From Gemmatimonadota bacterium (GTDB taxonomy: Bacteria > Latescibacterota > UBA2968 > UBA8231), in contig JAYPJE010000034.1 in assembly GCA_038128265.1 (NCBI GenBank), positions 1 through 45,418 on the forward strand: a stretch of 45,418 nt of DNA, in the 5' to 3' direction. This document shows positions 36,231 through 44,899 of this stretch, piece by piece. The notes under the pieces were generated by a model. That model saw only the letters and a program-made list of their open reading frames with translations. It did not search any database and had not been told where the DNA came from. A program made the position numbers and the translations under genes. Within the stretch, counting starts at the first letter, position 1. Each line of letters opens with the position of its first letter.

Positions 36231-37550
36231 TCAGAAAGGCTCTCCGACAGCCTGTGCCTGCAGCTGGTAGGGATCGGCTCCGGTGATGTCCACTTCGACA
36301 AATCGACCCACCTCGGCGCGCCCTGCCTCAATGAGCACCTGGCCATCTATTTCGGGAGCGTCGCGCTCCATTCGTCCGTATGCGCCCTCGGCATCGCGCT
36401 CGTCGACCAGCACCACCTGTCGAGTGCCGATCAGCGCATCGTTATTCTCTGTCGCAATGCGCTCCTGCAGCTGCGTCAGGCGACTGTAGCGATACTCCTT
36501 TACCTCCTCGTCGACCTCTCCGTCCAAACCGTAAGCACTGGTGCCGTCTTCTGGCGAGTAAATAAAACCCGATACGTGGTCGAAGCGCGTCTCCTCGACA
36601 AATTCTAGCAGTTCCTCAAAATGCTCTTCCGTTTCGCCGGGAAAACCGACGATAAACGTCGAGCGCAGTCCCACGCCGGGCATGCGCGTGCGCAGTGCAC
36701 GCAGCAACTCGACCGTTTTTTTCTTGGTCGTCGCACGCTTCATGCGCTGTAGGACGGGATCGGCAATGTGCTGTAGGGGCATGTCGATATAGGCGCACAT
36801 CTTGGCCGACGATGCGTAAAAATCCATCATCTCCTCGGTCCAAAACGCCGGATAGGTATACATCAGGCGCATCCAGTCAACGCCCTCGACTCCTTCGAGC
36901 GCGCCCAATAGCTCGACGAGCTGTGCCCGTCCGTATAGATCAGCACCATAGCGCACGGAGTCCTGTGAGACGAGCACGAGTTCGCGTGCGCCCTGGGCCG
37001 CCAACTGTTCGGCCTCGGCCACCAGTGCTTCGATGGGCTCGCTCTTGTGGCGCCCCCGAATGGCCGGAATCGCACAGAATGCACACTTGTGGTCGCAGCC
37101 ATCCGATATGCGCAGATAAGCCCAGTGCGAAGGCGTCGTCGTCGCGCGCGGCATGGCCGCTACATGTCCTCGGCGCGATCGACCCAACACGCGATCGACC
37201 CGATGAACAATGTCCGTTTCTTCTGCAATGGTCAGTAGGTCGTCGGCTTCGACCAGTTCGCTGCGCAGTTCTTCTTCGTAGCGCGTGGCCAAACAGCCGG
37301 TCACAATAACGCCCTTGCACTTGCCCTGCTCTTTGAGGCGATGAGCAGCCATAATGGCTTCAATTGATTCTTCTTTGGCTGGCCCGATAAAGCCACACGT
37401 ATTGACGACGACGACATCGGCTTGGTCGGGCTCGTCGGTTATTTGGTAGGCATTGCCCTGCAACAGGCCCAACATGCGTTCGGAGTCGACCGTGTTCTTC
37501 GGACAGCCCAAGCTAACCAAGTGCACTTTTTGTGTGTCTTCGCGTTGCAT
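36231..37550 (-). CDS. rimO: Ribosomal protein S12 methylthiotransferase
   Basis: Motifs SLGCPKNTVDSE, NTCGFI..AKEESI, radical SAM CDHKCAFC and DAPEIDG in the TRAM domain. Confidence 0.96.
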   Translation of the reverse strand: MQREDTQKVHLVSLGCPKNTVDSERMLGLLQGNAYQITDEPDQADVVVVNTCGFIGPAKEESIEAIMAAHRLKEQGKCKGVIVTGCLATRYEEELRSELVEADDLLTIAEETDIVHRVDRVLGRSRRGHVAAMPRATTTPSHWAYLRISDGCDHKCAFCAIPAIRGRHKSEPIEALVAEAEQLAAQGARELVLVSQDSVRYGADLYGRAQLVELLGALEGVEGVDWMRLMYTYPAFWTEEMMDFYASSAKMCAYIDMPLQHIADPVLQRMKRATTKKKTVELLRALRTRMPGVGLRSTFIVGFPGETEEHFEELLEFVEETRFDHVSGFIYSPEDGTSAYGLDGEVDEEVKEYRYSRLTQLQERIATENNDALIGTRQVVLVDERDAEGAYGRMERDAPEIDGQVLIEAGRAEVGRFVEVDITGADPYQLQAQAVGEPF

Positions 37551-37553
37551 AGT

Positions 37554-38651
37554 TCAGTACTTCTGCTGCACGCAGTGAATCGCCGCCAGCGCTGCTTCGT
37601 CGCTGACGTCGTCGTATATATTTACCTGGCCAATGGCCTCGGCTAGAATATAGCGCACCGTGCCGTCGACGCGCTTCTTATCCGCCCTGGTGCGCTCGAG
37701 AATATCGCCGGCGGCAACTTCGGCTAAACCCTGCGGCACGCCTAAGCGCTCCCACAGTGCATCGTGCCGAGCCCGCTCTTGGTAGGGTAAGACGCCGCGC
37801 TCTGCCGCGATTTCGCCAACCGCTAGAGCACCCAAAATAACGGCCTCGCCGTGACGATACCGCTTGTAATTGGTGGCCGCTTCTATGGCGTGGCCAATTG
37901 TGTGCCCGTAGTTGAGAATGGCCCGCAGTCCTCCCTCTTTTTCGTCGGCACTCACCACGGCCGCTTTAATATCGGCGTTGCGTGCGATGAGCCAGTCGAG
38001 CGCATCGGCGCCAATGCGCATGTCGACGATATCTTCGACGTGGTCTTCCAGAAAGGCAAAGAGTTCGGGATCGCGAATAATACCGTGTTTAACCACTTCC
38101 GCCATACCGGCGACCAGTTCGCCGCGCGGCAGGGAGCGCAAGGTGTCAGTGTCAATAAAAACCAGCTTGGGCTGATGAAATGCGCCGATGAGATTCTTGC
38201 CTAGTGCGTGATTGACGCCCGTCTTGCCGCCAATGCTAGAGTCGACCTGTGCAACAATCGTCGTCGGCACCTGCACGCAGGGCACGCCGCGCAAATAACA
38301 CGCCGCGACAAAGCCCGCCATATCGCCGACGATGCCACCACCCAAGGCCAACACCCAAGCACCCCGATCTAAACCCGCCTCAATAAGCCGAGCGAAAATG
38401 CCTTCGGCACCGCTCAGATTCTTGTGCGCTTCGCCACCGGGATAGACGACTTCGAGCACGGCAAAACCCGCATTGTTCAAGCTGTCGGCAACGGGCTGCA
38501 GATAGTGAGCAGCGACCCGCTCGTCCGTTATCAGCGCCACCTGACGGCCCAACCCCAGCTCTCGGCATGCCTGACCGACGGTGTTCAACACGCCATGCCC
38601 CACGCAGATCTCGTACTGCGCTCCTTCAGTCCGTACGGTTGCGCTCCTCAC
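37554..38651 (-). CDS. aroB: 3-dehydroquinate synthase, 365 aa
   Basis: Motifs GGGIVGDMAGF, PTTIVAQVDSSIGGKTGVN, KNLIGAFHQP, LNYGHTIGHAIE and HGEAV; GTG start 38651. Confidence 0.97.
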   Translation of the reverse strand: MRSATVRTEGAQYEICVGHGVLNTVGQACRELGLGRQVALITDERVAAHYLQPVADSLNNAGFAVLEVVYPGGEAHKNLSGAEGIFARLIEAGLDRGAWVLALGGGIVGDMAGFVAACYLRGVPCVQVPTTIVAQVDSSIGGKTGVNHALGKNLIGAFHQPKLVFIDTDTLRSLPRGELVAGMAEVVKHGIIRDPELFAFLEDHVEDIVDMRIGADALDWLIARNADIKAAVVSADEKEGGLRAILNYGHTIGHAIEAATNYKRYRHGEAVILGALAVGEIAAERGVLPYQERARHDALWERLGVPQGLAEVAAGDILERTRADKKRVDGTVRYILAEAIGQVNIYDDVSDEAALAAIHCVQQKY

Positions 38652-39174
38652 TCCAATGCTCCAGTAAATCGATGAGTTTCTCCGCCGTCTGCTCGGGAGT
38701 AAACCCCTGACTAGACAGCATTTTAATGTGCGCCCGATCGTAGTACGGCGCGCGTTCGGCCAGCAAGTGCTCGACCTTTGCGCGCTTGCCCGCCTCATCC
38801 AACCCCGAAAGCAGCGGCCTATCGTCGCGGCGACCGACGCGTTCGAGAATGGTATCGATGTCCGCCTCTAAACAGACGAGAACCCCTGCACGACGCACCG
38901 CCTGCAGATTGCGATCCTGCACAATAGCGCCTCCACCCAGTGAAATTACCGCACCGCCGCGCCCGCAGGCATCCATCACGCATTCATGCTCCAACTGGCG
39001 GAAATGCGCCTCGCCCTCTTCGGCAAAGATTGACGAGATCGCCTTGCCGGCCCGCGCCTCGACCATTTCGTCCGTATCCAAAAATTCGCGCCCCAAGCGC
39101 CAGGCGAGAAAACTGCCGACCTTGCTCTTCCCCACCCCCATAAAGCCCGTCAGGAATATGGGACCTGTAAACAT
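38626..39174 (-). CDS. aroK: Shikimate kinase
   Basis: Motifs GFMGVGKS, DTD, EGEAHFRQLE, SLGGG, RPLL and R...Y; ATG 39174 overlaps the upstream TGA. Confidence 0.96.
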   Translation of the reverse strand: MFTGPIFLTGFMGVGKSKVGSFLAWRLGREFLDTDEMVEARAGKAISSIFAEEGEAHFRQLEHECVMDACGRGGAVISLGGGAIVQDRNLQAVRRAGVLVCLEADIDTILERVGRRDDRPLLSGLDEAGKRAKVEHLLAERAPYYDRAHIKMLSSQGFTPEQTAEKLIDLLEHWSEERNRTD

Positions 39175-39344
39175 CAACCAGCCTTGTTTTCCGCACCGCG
39201 GCGCGTGCGCTTTGCCTCATAGCATGCTTCGCAATTCCACAGCGGGGGTTTGTTGAAGGCATTGTAGCGATCGTCTAAGACATCGCGACGCAGGTGGTCG
39301 ACTTCAATGCCACAGGTATCGCAGCGCATTTTCTTCTTTGCCAT
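39174..39344 (-). CDS. 56-aa CxxC...CxxC putative zinc-finger microprotein (not in the ORF track)
   Basis: MAKKKMRCDTCGIEVDHLRRDVLDDRYNAFNKPPLWNCEACYEAKRTRRGAENKAG; starts 3 nt after the argS stop, and its TGA overlaps the aroK ATG. Confidence 0.8.
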   Translation of the reverse strand: MAKKKMRCDTCGIEVDHLRRDVLDDRYNAFNKPPLWNCEACYEAKRTRRGAENKAG

Positions 39345-39347
39345 CTC

Positions 39348-41081
39348 TCACATCCGTTCTACGGTACCAATACCCAATAGACCAAGACCGCGCGAAATCA
39401 CTTGCGCCGTTAGGCTGCACAGCTGCAGACGGCTATCGCGCACCCGATCTTCGGCGCGCAGTACCGGGCAGCTCTCGTAAAACTTCATGTACAATTCAGC
39501 CAGCTCGTAAAGGTAGTTGCACAGAGCATTCGGATAGCACTCGCGCGCAACGGCGTCTACCACTTCGCCGAATTGCACGATCTTGACGGCCAGCGCGCGC
39601 TCGGCCGGCTCGCCGATTTCAATAGTGCCGCTCAGCGCAGACTCGTCTAACTCAGCGCGGCGGAAAATGCTCTTCACCCTCGCGTACGAGTACTGCAGGT
39701 ACGGCGCCGTATTCCCTTCGAAGGAGAGCATCTTGTCCCAGTTAAAGATGTAGTCGGTCGTGCGGTTAAGCGATAGGTCGGCGTATTTAACGCTGCCAAT
39801 GCCCACGACGCGGGCTATTTCGCGCCGCTCCTCTTCGCTCAGTTCCGGATTCTTTTCGCCAACCAAGGCAAAGGCACGCTCTTCGGCTTCGCGCAGCAGG
39901 TCCATCAGCTTGACCGTGCCGCCCGTCCGCGTCTTAAACGGCTTGCCGTCGTCGCCAAGCATGGTGCCAAAGGAATGATGCTCGAGCGCACACGATTCCG
40001 GCGCATAATCGGCCGCGCGCGATACGGCAAACACCTGGCGCAGATGGAGCATCTGCCGCGCATCGACGATGTACAGCACGCGATTGGCGTGCAGCTCACC
40101 GGCGCGGTAGCGCACGGCGGCAAGGTCGGTCGTTGCGTATAGATACCCGCCGTCAGACTTTTGCACAATCACCGGCGTAATCTCACCATCTTTGCCTTTG
40201 AACTCTTCGAGAAATACGCACTGGGCACCGTCCGACTCGCGCAGCAGCCCCTGGGCGCGCAGATCGTCAATAATCTGGGGTAAGTCATCGTTGTAATCGC
40301 TCTCGGCGCGCACATCTTCGCGCCGCAGCGTCACACCCAGCGTTTCGTACACCTCTTCGCAGTGGCGCAGCGACTCTTCGATGAAACGCTGCCAAACTGC
40401 TCTCACGTGTGCGTCACCGCTCTGCAATTTGACGACATATTCGCGCGCCGTAGTGGCAAACGCCCCGTCGCTGTCAAACAGCTTGCGCGCCGATTGGTAG
40501 AATACCTCTAAGTCGGCCAATTCGGACGAAGTATCTTGCCCGGCCGCATCCAAACGGTCCATATAGGCGATAAGCATGCCAAACTGCGTGCCCCAATCAC
40601 CCACGTGATTGTGCCGCACGACTTCGTGGCCACAGAACTCCAGCACGCGCGCAATGGCATCTCCGATAATCGTGGTGCGCAAATGCCCCACGTGCATTTC
40701 TTTGGCCAGATTGGGATGCGAATAGTCGATTACAACCTTTTGGAGCGGCTGTGCCCGAGGAACGCCGAGTCGCTCATCCGCTAGCGCGGCGTTGAGATGG
40801 CCATCTAACCAAGCCGACTTGAGCTTCACGTTGATAAAGCCCGGCCCTGCAATATCGACTGACTCGGCTACGTCGCTCAGATCTAGGTGCTCCAAAACGG
40901 CTGCGGCCACCTCGCGCGGATTCTTCTTTAGCCCTTTAGCGACGGCCATGACGCCATTGGCCTGGTAGTCGCCAAACTCCGGTCGCGTCGCCGCACCAAC
41001 CAGCGCCTTGCTACCGGCTGGTGCACCCGCACCGACCAACGCGGCGGCGATGCGCTCTTCTAGCTCTTCTCTAATTGCCAT
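39348..41081 (-). CDS. argS: Arginine--tRNA ligase
   Basis: Motifs FGDYQAN, PNLAKEMHVGHLR (HIGH-like), NHVGDWGTQFGML, KPFKTRTG and GNTAPYLQY. Confidence 0.98.
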   Translation of the reverse strand: MAIREELEERIAAALVGAGAPAGSKALVGAATRPEFGDYQANGVMAVAKGLKKNPREVAAAVLEHLDLSDVAESVDIAGPGFINVKLKSAWLDGHLNAALADERLGVPRAQPLQKVVIDYSHPNLAKEMHVGHLRTTIIGDAIARVLEFCGHEVVRHNHVGDWGTQFGMLIAYMDRLDAAGQDTSSELADLEVFYQSARKLFDSDGAFATTAREYVVKLQSGDAHVRAVWQRFIEESLRHCEEVYETLGVTLRREDVRAESDYNDDLPQIIDDLRAQGLLRESDGAQCVFLEEFKGKDGEITPVIVQKSDGGYLYATTDLAAVRYRAGELHANRVLYIVDARQMLHLRQVFAVSRAADYAPESCALEHHSFGTMLGDDGKPFKTRTGGTVKLMDLLREAEERAFALVGEKNPELSEEERREIARVVGIGSVKYADLSLNRTTDYIFNWDKMLSFEGNTAPYLQYSYARVKSIFRRAELDESALSGTIEIGEPAERALAVKIVQFGEVVDAVARECYPNALCNYLYELAELYMKFYESCPVLRAEDRVRDSRLQLCSLTAQVISRGLGLLGIGTVERM

Positions 41082-41922
41082 CCTTAACCCGTTCTAGCGC
41101 CGCGGCGACCATGTGATCTACTGGCGGTGCAATGCCCGTCCATAGCTCGAAGGAACGCGCGCCCTGCCATGCGAGCATACCCAACCCGTTGATAGACCGA
41201 GCGCCGGCGGCTTCGGCCTGCTGCATCAAGCGCGTCTTCAGCGGCTTGTATACGATATCTGCGACCAGCATATCTGCGTGTAAAACCGATGCATCCACCA
41301 ACGGCGAGGCGTCGGCGTGCGGATGCATGCCAACCGACGTGGAATTGATCAGCAAATCCACGTTCCCAACCTCATTCGAATCCATCGCTGCCACGCGCAC
41401 TTTTTCACTGCGATCCAAATCGCTGGCCAGCGCTTCGGCTTTTGACAGCGTGCGGTTGAGCAGCCATATACGCTCGATTTGTGGGCACTGCAGCAGGGCG
41501 TAAAGGATGGCGCGCGCGGCGCCCCCAGCCCCCAGCAGCGCAACCTTTGACGGCAGCTCTGCCAGCCCGCCGTCGCGCTTCAGACTCTCCATAATGCCAA
41601 AGGCATCGGTATTGTAGCCGACCAGCCGTCCCTGCCGATTGACGATCGTATTGACCGCACCAATGGCCACAGCCTCGTCCGAAACTTCATCGATATGGTC
41701 CATGACGTTCTGCTTGTGCGGCACCGTCACGTTCAGTCCGGCCATATCCAACGCGCGCATTCCATCTATGGCACGGCCCAGCCCATCTGCCCGCACGTGA
41801 AAAGCGACGTAGGCGTAGTCTATGCCCAGCGCAGCGATCGCTGCGTTGTGCATAGCCGGCGACGACGTGTGGCCAATGGGATCGCCGATTACGCCGAGAA
41901 TGCGCGTCGTGCCCGATATCAC
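41071..41922 (-). CDS. aroE: Shikimate dehydrogenase, 283 aa
   Basis: Motifs GDPIGHTSSPAMHN, NVTVPHK, GAVNT, GYNTD, LGAGGAARA and NSTSVGM; GTG start 41922. Confidence 0.96.
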   Translation of the reverse strand: MISGTTRILGVIGDPIGHTSSPAMHNAAIAALGIDYAYVAFHVRADGLGRAIDGMRALDMAGLNVTVPHKQNVMDHIDEVSDEAVAIGAVNTIVNRQGRLVGYNTDAFGIMESLKRDGGLAELPSKVALLGAGGAARAILYALLQCPQIERIWLLNRTLSKAEALASDLDRSEKVRVAAMDSNEVGNVDLLINSTSVGMHPHADASPLVDASVLHADMLVADIVYKPLKTRLMQQAEAAGARSINGLGMLAWQGARSFELWTGIAPPVDHMVAAALERVKDGN

Positions 41923-42059
41923 GCCAGCAGGTCCTCGACAAATTGATCGGCGATCTCGACGGCCTCGCTCCACGAAACGTCATACAGCAAGCGAATGACG
42001 ACCACGCCACCGCAGAACAGCACGGCGGCAAGCGCGGCCAGGCGCAATAATGTCCTCAT
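41919..42059 (-). CDS. 46-aa single-TM microprotein (not in the ORF track)
   Basis: MRTLLRLAALAAVLFCGGVVVIRLLYDVSWSEAVEIADQFVEDLLA; ATGA overlap with the aroA-like stop and GTGA overlap with the aroE start. Confidence 0.75.
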   Translation of the reverse strand: MRTLLRLAALAAVLFCGGVVVIRLLYDVSWSEAVEIADQFVEDLLA

Positions 42060-43327
42060 CGTCTCTTCTCCTTCAGCGCGGCGAGCGCTGTGAAAAATTC
42101 GGGATGCACGTCCTCTATGCCCTGTGCATTGTCGACGACTACCTCACCTTCGGCCCACAGGCCCAACAGGGCAAAGGCCCGCGCCAAGTCGGCGTCGCCG
42201 CGCGCGTCGAGCTGACCGCCCATCACCGGAAAGCCGCCCTTAATTACAATACCCTCGGGAAACTCGCCGATACGCACCTGCAGCGCGCGCAGAGACTCAA
42301 ACAGGTGCTGCACTCTATCAAATGCTCCCTCGCGCAGCGTCTGCACGTCGCGAATGACAATCTCTCCCGGCACGCGCGTTGCCAGTGCGGCCAGCAGCGC
42401 GACCTGCTCCATCACGTTTTCAGCCCGCTGGCCGGCCACCCGCGTGGACTTTAGCTCGCTTGGATGAACGCTCAGATCGCAGGTCTCTTCGCCGCGATCT
42501 TCCATCTCAAATTCTCCGCCAATCTGGCGCAGTAACTCGAGAAAGTGTCGCTGGCCAGATCGCACAGCAACGCCCTTTATCACGACGTGCGACCCCTTCA
42601 ACGCAAGCGCGGGTAGCATCAACGGGTAGGCCAAATTCAAATCGCCGGCCACGTCCACGTCCAGCGGCTGCACGACCTGTCCACCCTGCGTAGAAACGAC
42701 GTATTCCTCACCGCTGCGCCGCCGTTCGACAACGACTTCGCGCTGGCGCAGAAAGCGCTCCATGCGGTTGCGGTTTTTGCTCGACTCGCGCATCTGCGTC
42801 ACGCCCTCGCAGTAGAGCGAGGCGACCAGCACGGCAAGCTTTTCGTCGGCATCTATATCGAGCAGCGCATGTTCGGCAGCGCTCGGCTGTGCCTTGCCAA
42901 GGGCGTACACGCTCCCCGTTTCGCGCTGTGCCCCCATGCCCATAGCTTCCAGCAGCGACAGCACGCCGTGTGCCCAGCCGCTCTCTTCGCCTAGCCTAAC
43001 TCTGCTGACAAAGCGCTGTCCGGCGAGAATGGCCAAGAGCAGCAAACCGCTCGCACCCCAGCCCTGCGCGTCCACTATATCGTCGGCGGGCGATAGCCCC
43101 GTCAGGCCCTTGCCGCGCACGACCAACCCATCGCGCTCCTGCTCAACCTCGACGCCAAAGGCGCGAAGGCACGCAGCTACGCGCAGCGCGCTGGGCGGCA
43201 CAAAACGCACGCGGCTCTCACCTTCGGCAATGGCGGCTAGGAGTAGGGCACACTCGGCGGGAACGCGCTCTCCGGGAACGCGCACTTCCCCCAACACTTT
43301 CTTTGTCGGCGTAATAGACTGGCGCAT
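42056..43327 (-). CDS. AroA/EPSP-synthase-fold protein with degenerate active site (candidate pseudoenzyme), 423 aa
   Basis: Collinear with class II AroA (GEVRVPG, GKGLTGL, GILAG-like AILAG, EGVT, VAGD, LLAALAT...G.IVI.D, PEFF), but the KS..HR, NSGT, RP, SAQ, IDE, KE and DHR motifs are substituted. Confidence 0.85.
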   Translation of the reverse strand: MRQSITPTKKVLGEVRVPGERVPAECALLLAAIAEGESRVRFVPPSALRVAACLRAFGVEVEQERDGLVVRGKGLTGLSPADDIVDAQGWGASGLLLLAILAGQRFVSRVRLGEESGWAHGVLSLLEAMGMGAQRETGSVYALGKAQPSAAEHALLDIDADEKLAVLVASLYCEGVTQMRESSKNRNRMERFLRQREVVVERRRSGEEYVVSTQGGQVVQPLDVDVAGDLNLAYPLMLPALALKGSHVVIKGVAVRSGQRHFLELLRQIGGEFEMEDRGEETCDLSVHPSELKSTRVAGQRAENVMEQVALLAALATRVPGEIVIRDVQTLREGAFDRVQHLFESLRALQVRIGEFPEGIVIKGGFPVMGGQLDARGDADLARAFALLGLWAEGEVVVDNAQGIEDVHPEFFTALAALKEKRR

Positions 43328-43481
43328 TATATCAACCGCATGGCATTGGAGTCACAGTAGAAGGCGAACGTCTGCTGTTGGATAGATGTTTTTTTACCGG
43401 CAATAGAGTGAGTGAAACCGTGGCCCAGTAAGCAGGTGAATGGCGCACGCGTTTACCAAGCATCGCATACCTTTCTGCTCG

Positions 43482-43508
43482 GCCCTGCGCAACAAACCCG
43501 CGCAGGGC
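43482..43508. other. 9-bp perfect hairpin downstream of tyrA, without a U-tract
   Basis: GCCCTGCGC-AACAAACCC-GCGCAGGGC. Confidence 0.5.
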
Positions 43509-43528
43509 GCGTGCGCGGCAAGGTCTAT

Positions 43529-44623
43529 TCACGGCCGGCGCGCCACATAGCCAATGCCTTCCAATACTTCCAGTGCCTTTGCCGCGGCTGAGTCGCTGTC
43601 AAATCCCAAGCGCAGCGTGCCCCCTTCACCCTCGCGCACCTTCATCACCTCTATATCGCTGATGTTGAGGTCGTGCTGCTGCATAGCAGCGGCAATTTCG
43701 GCAATCACACCGGGGCGATCCTCCGCCACTACGAGTATCTCGTAAAGAGCGTGAATAAAGCCTTTAGCATCGCGCGGTATCGAGCTCCGCACGCGGTTAG
43801 CGTAGGCGAAATCATCGGATAAGCTGCCGTCTTCCAAGCGATCGCGCGCGTCTTTTAGCACGGCGATGTAGCGATCGACCATGGCGCGCACACCGTCGGC
43901 ATTGGTCGCGTAAATATCCTGCCAAACCGGCGCAAACGGGCTCGAGGCAATGCGCGTCATATCGCGAAATCCGCCGGCGGCCAGCGGCAGAAAATGGTCG
44001 TTCTCTTCGTTGAGAAGCCCAACCATTTCTACCAGCGTCGTCGCCATGAGCTGCGGTAAGTGACTTATCGAAGCCACCGCCTGATCGTGCGCATCGGCGT
44101 CTAGCTCTAACACGCGCGCTCCCACGCCTCGCAAAAGATTGACGAGTGCTTCATAGCGCGCGCGCGGCACCCCCTCATCCGGCACGAGAATGTAAATGGC
44201 GTTCTGAAACAAAAATGGATCGGCCGCCGTCACGCCCGCTTTTTCCGATCCGGCCATTGGGTGGCCGCCGATAAAGTGGGTGCCCTCGCGGAAACACGCC
44301 CGGGCGCGCGCGACAATGCTGCGCTTGGTGCTGCCGACATCGGTGACCAGCGCGCCGTCTGGCACCAGCGAGGCGACTTCTTCCACCTGCTCTAGTATGC
44401 GCTGTATCGGCGTGCAGAGAAAGACGAGGTCTGCGCCGTCGAGGGCCTGCGCCATCTCATCGTAGCTCCAGCCCTCGTCGATCACGCCCATATCCAGCGC
44501 CGTCTGCACGGTCTCGCGCCGGCTGACGCCGACGATCTGTCCGGCAAAGTGACCGCGCTTGAGTGCCAGCCCCATAGAGCCGCCAATCAGGCCCACTCCG
44601 ACTAAAACGACTCGCTTAAAGAA
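43529..44623 (-). CDS. tyrA: Prephenate (cyclohexadienyl) dehydrogenase with C-terminal ACT domain; start codon ambiguous
   Basis: Rossmann motif FKRVVLVGVGLIGGS, TDVGSTK, GGHPMAGSE, HDQAVASISHLP, AAGGFRDMTRIA and ACT motif EDRPGVIAEI. The frame extends 5' of GTG 44596 with no canonical start. Confidence 0.93.
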   Translation of the reverse strand, partial: FFKRVVLVGVGLIGGSMGLALKRGHFAGQIVGVSRRETVQTALDMGVIDEGWSYDEMAQALDGADLVFLCTPIQRILEQVEEVASLVPDGALVTDVGSTKRSIVARARACFREGTHFIGGHPMAGSEKAGVTAADPFLFQNAIYILVPDEGVPRARYEALVNLLRGVGARVLELDADAHDQAVASISHLPQLMATTLVEMVGLLNEENDHFLPLAAGGFRDMTRIASSPFAPVWQDIYATNADGVRAMVDRYIAVLKDARDRLEDGSLSDDFAYANRVRSSIPRDAKGFIHALYEILVVAEDRPGVIAEIAAAMQQHDLNISDIEVMKVREGEGGTLRLGFDSDSAAAKALEVLEGIGYVARRP

Positions 44624-44625
44624 GG

Positions 44626-44898
44626 CTAGTCCTCCTCTTCCTCGAGGTGCACCGCCTCGGCGATAATGCGGCGAAAGATTTCCTCGATAGCCACATCGCG
44701 CATCGGTCCCTCATTGTACTCGCGCAGCTTCTGTAGCAATGCCCTTTCGCGCTCGGGGTCGCGGATGGGACGGCCGTGTTCCTTTTTGATATGACCGATT
44801 GCCAAGGCACAGCGCATGCGCTCGTTGAGGCGTTCCAGCAGCTCCCTATCGAGCTGGTCAATGCGCTCGCGCCACGCGCTGAGATCCATATCGCTCAT
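44626..44898 (-). CDS. Monofunctional AroQ-class chorismate mutase, 90 aa
   Basis: WRERIDQLDRELLERLNER...IGHIK...IRDPERE...IFRRII; ATG 44898 one nt after the trpS stop. Confidence 0.93.
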   Translation of the reverse strand: MSDMDLSAWRERIDQLDRELLERLNERMRCALAIGHIKKEHGRPIRDPERERALLQKLREYNEGPMRDVAIEEIFRRIIAEAVHLEEEED

Positions 44899-44899
44899 G

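Noticed and set aside
42056..43327. Calling the gene a normal aroA, a murA or a pseudogene
   Set aside because: The AroA catalytic motifs and the MurA KN and GCxIGxRP motifs are missing, but there is no stop or frameshift and its length and coupling are intact.
43332..43463. 43-codon ORF (MLGKRVRHSPAYW...) as an aromatic attenuator leader peptide
   Set aside because: Only one Tyr-Trp pair, no terminator/antiterminator downstream of it, and the rest of the sequence is not protein-like.
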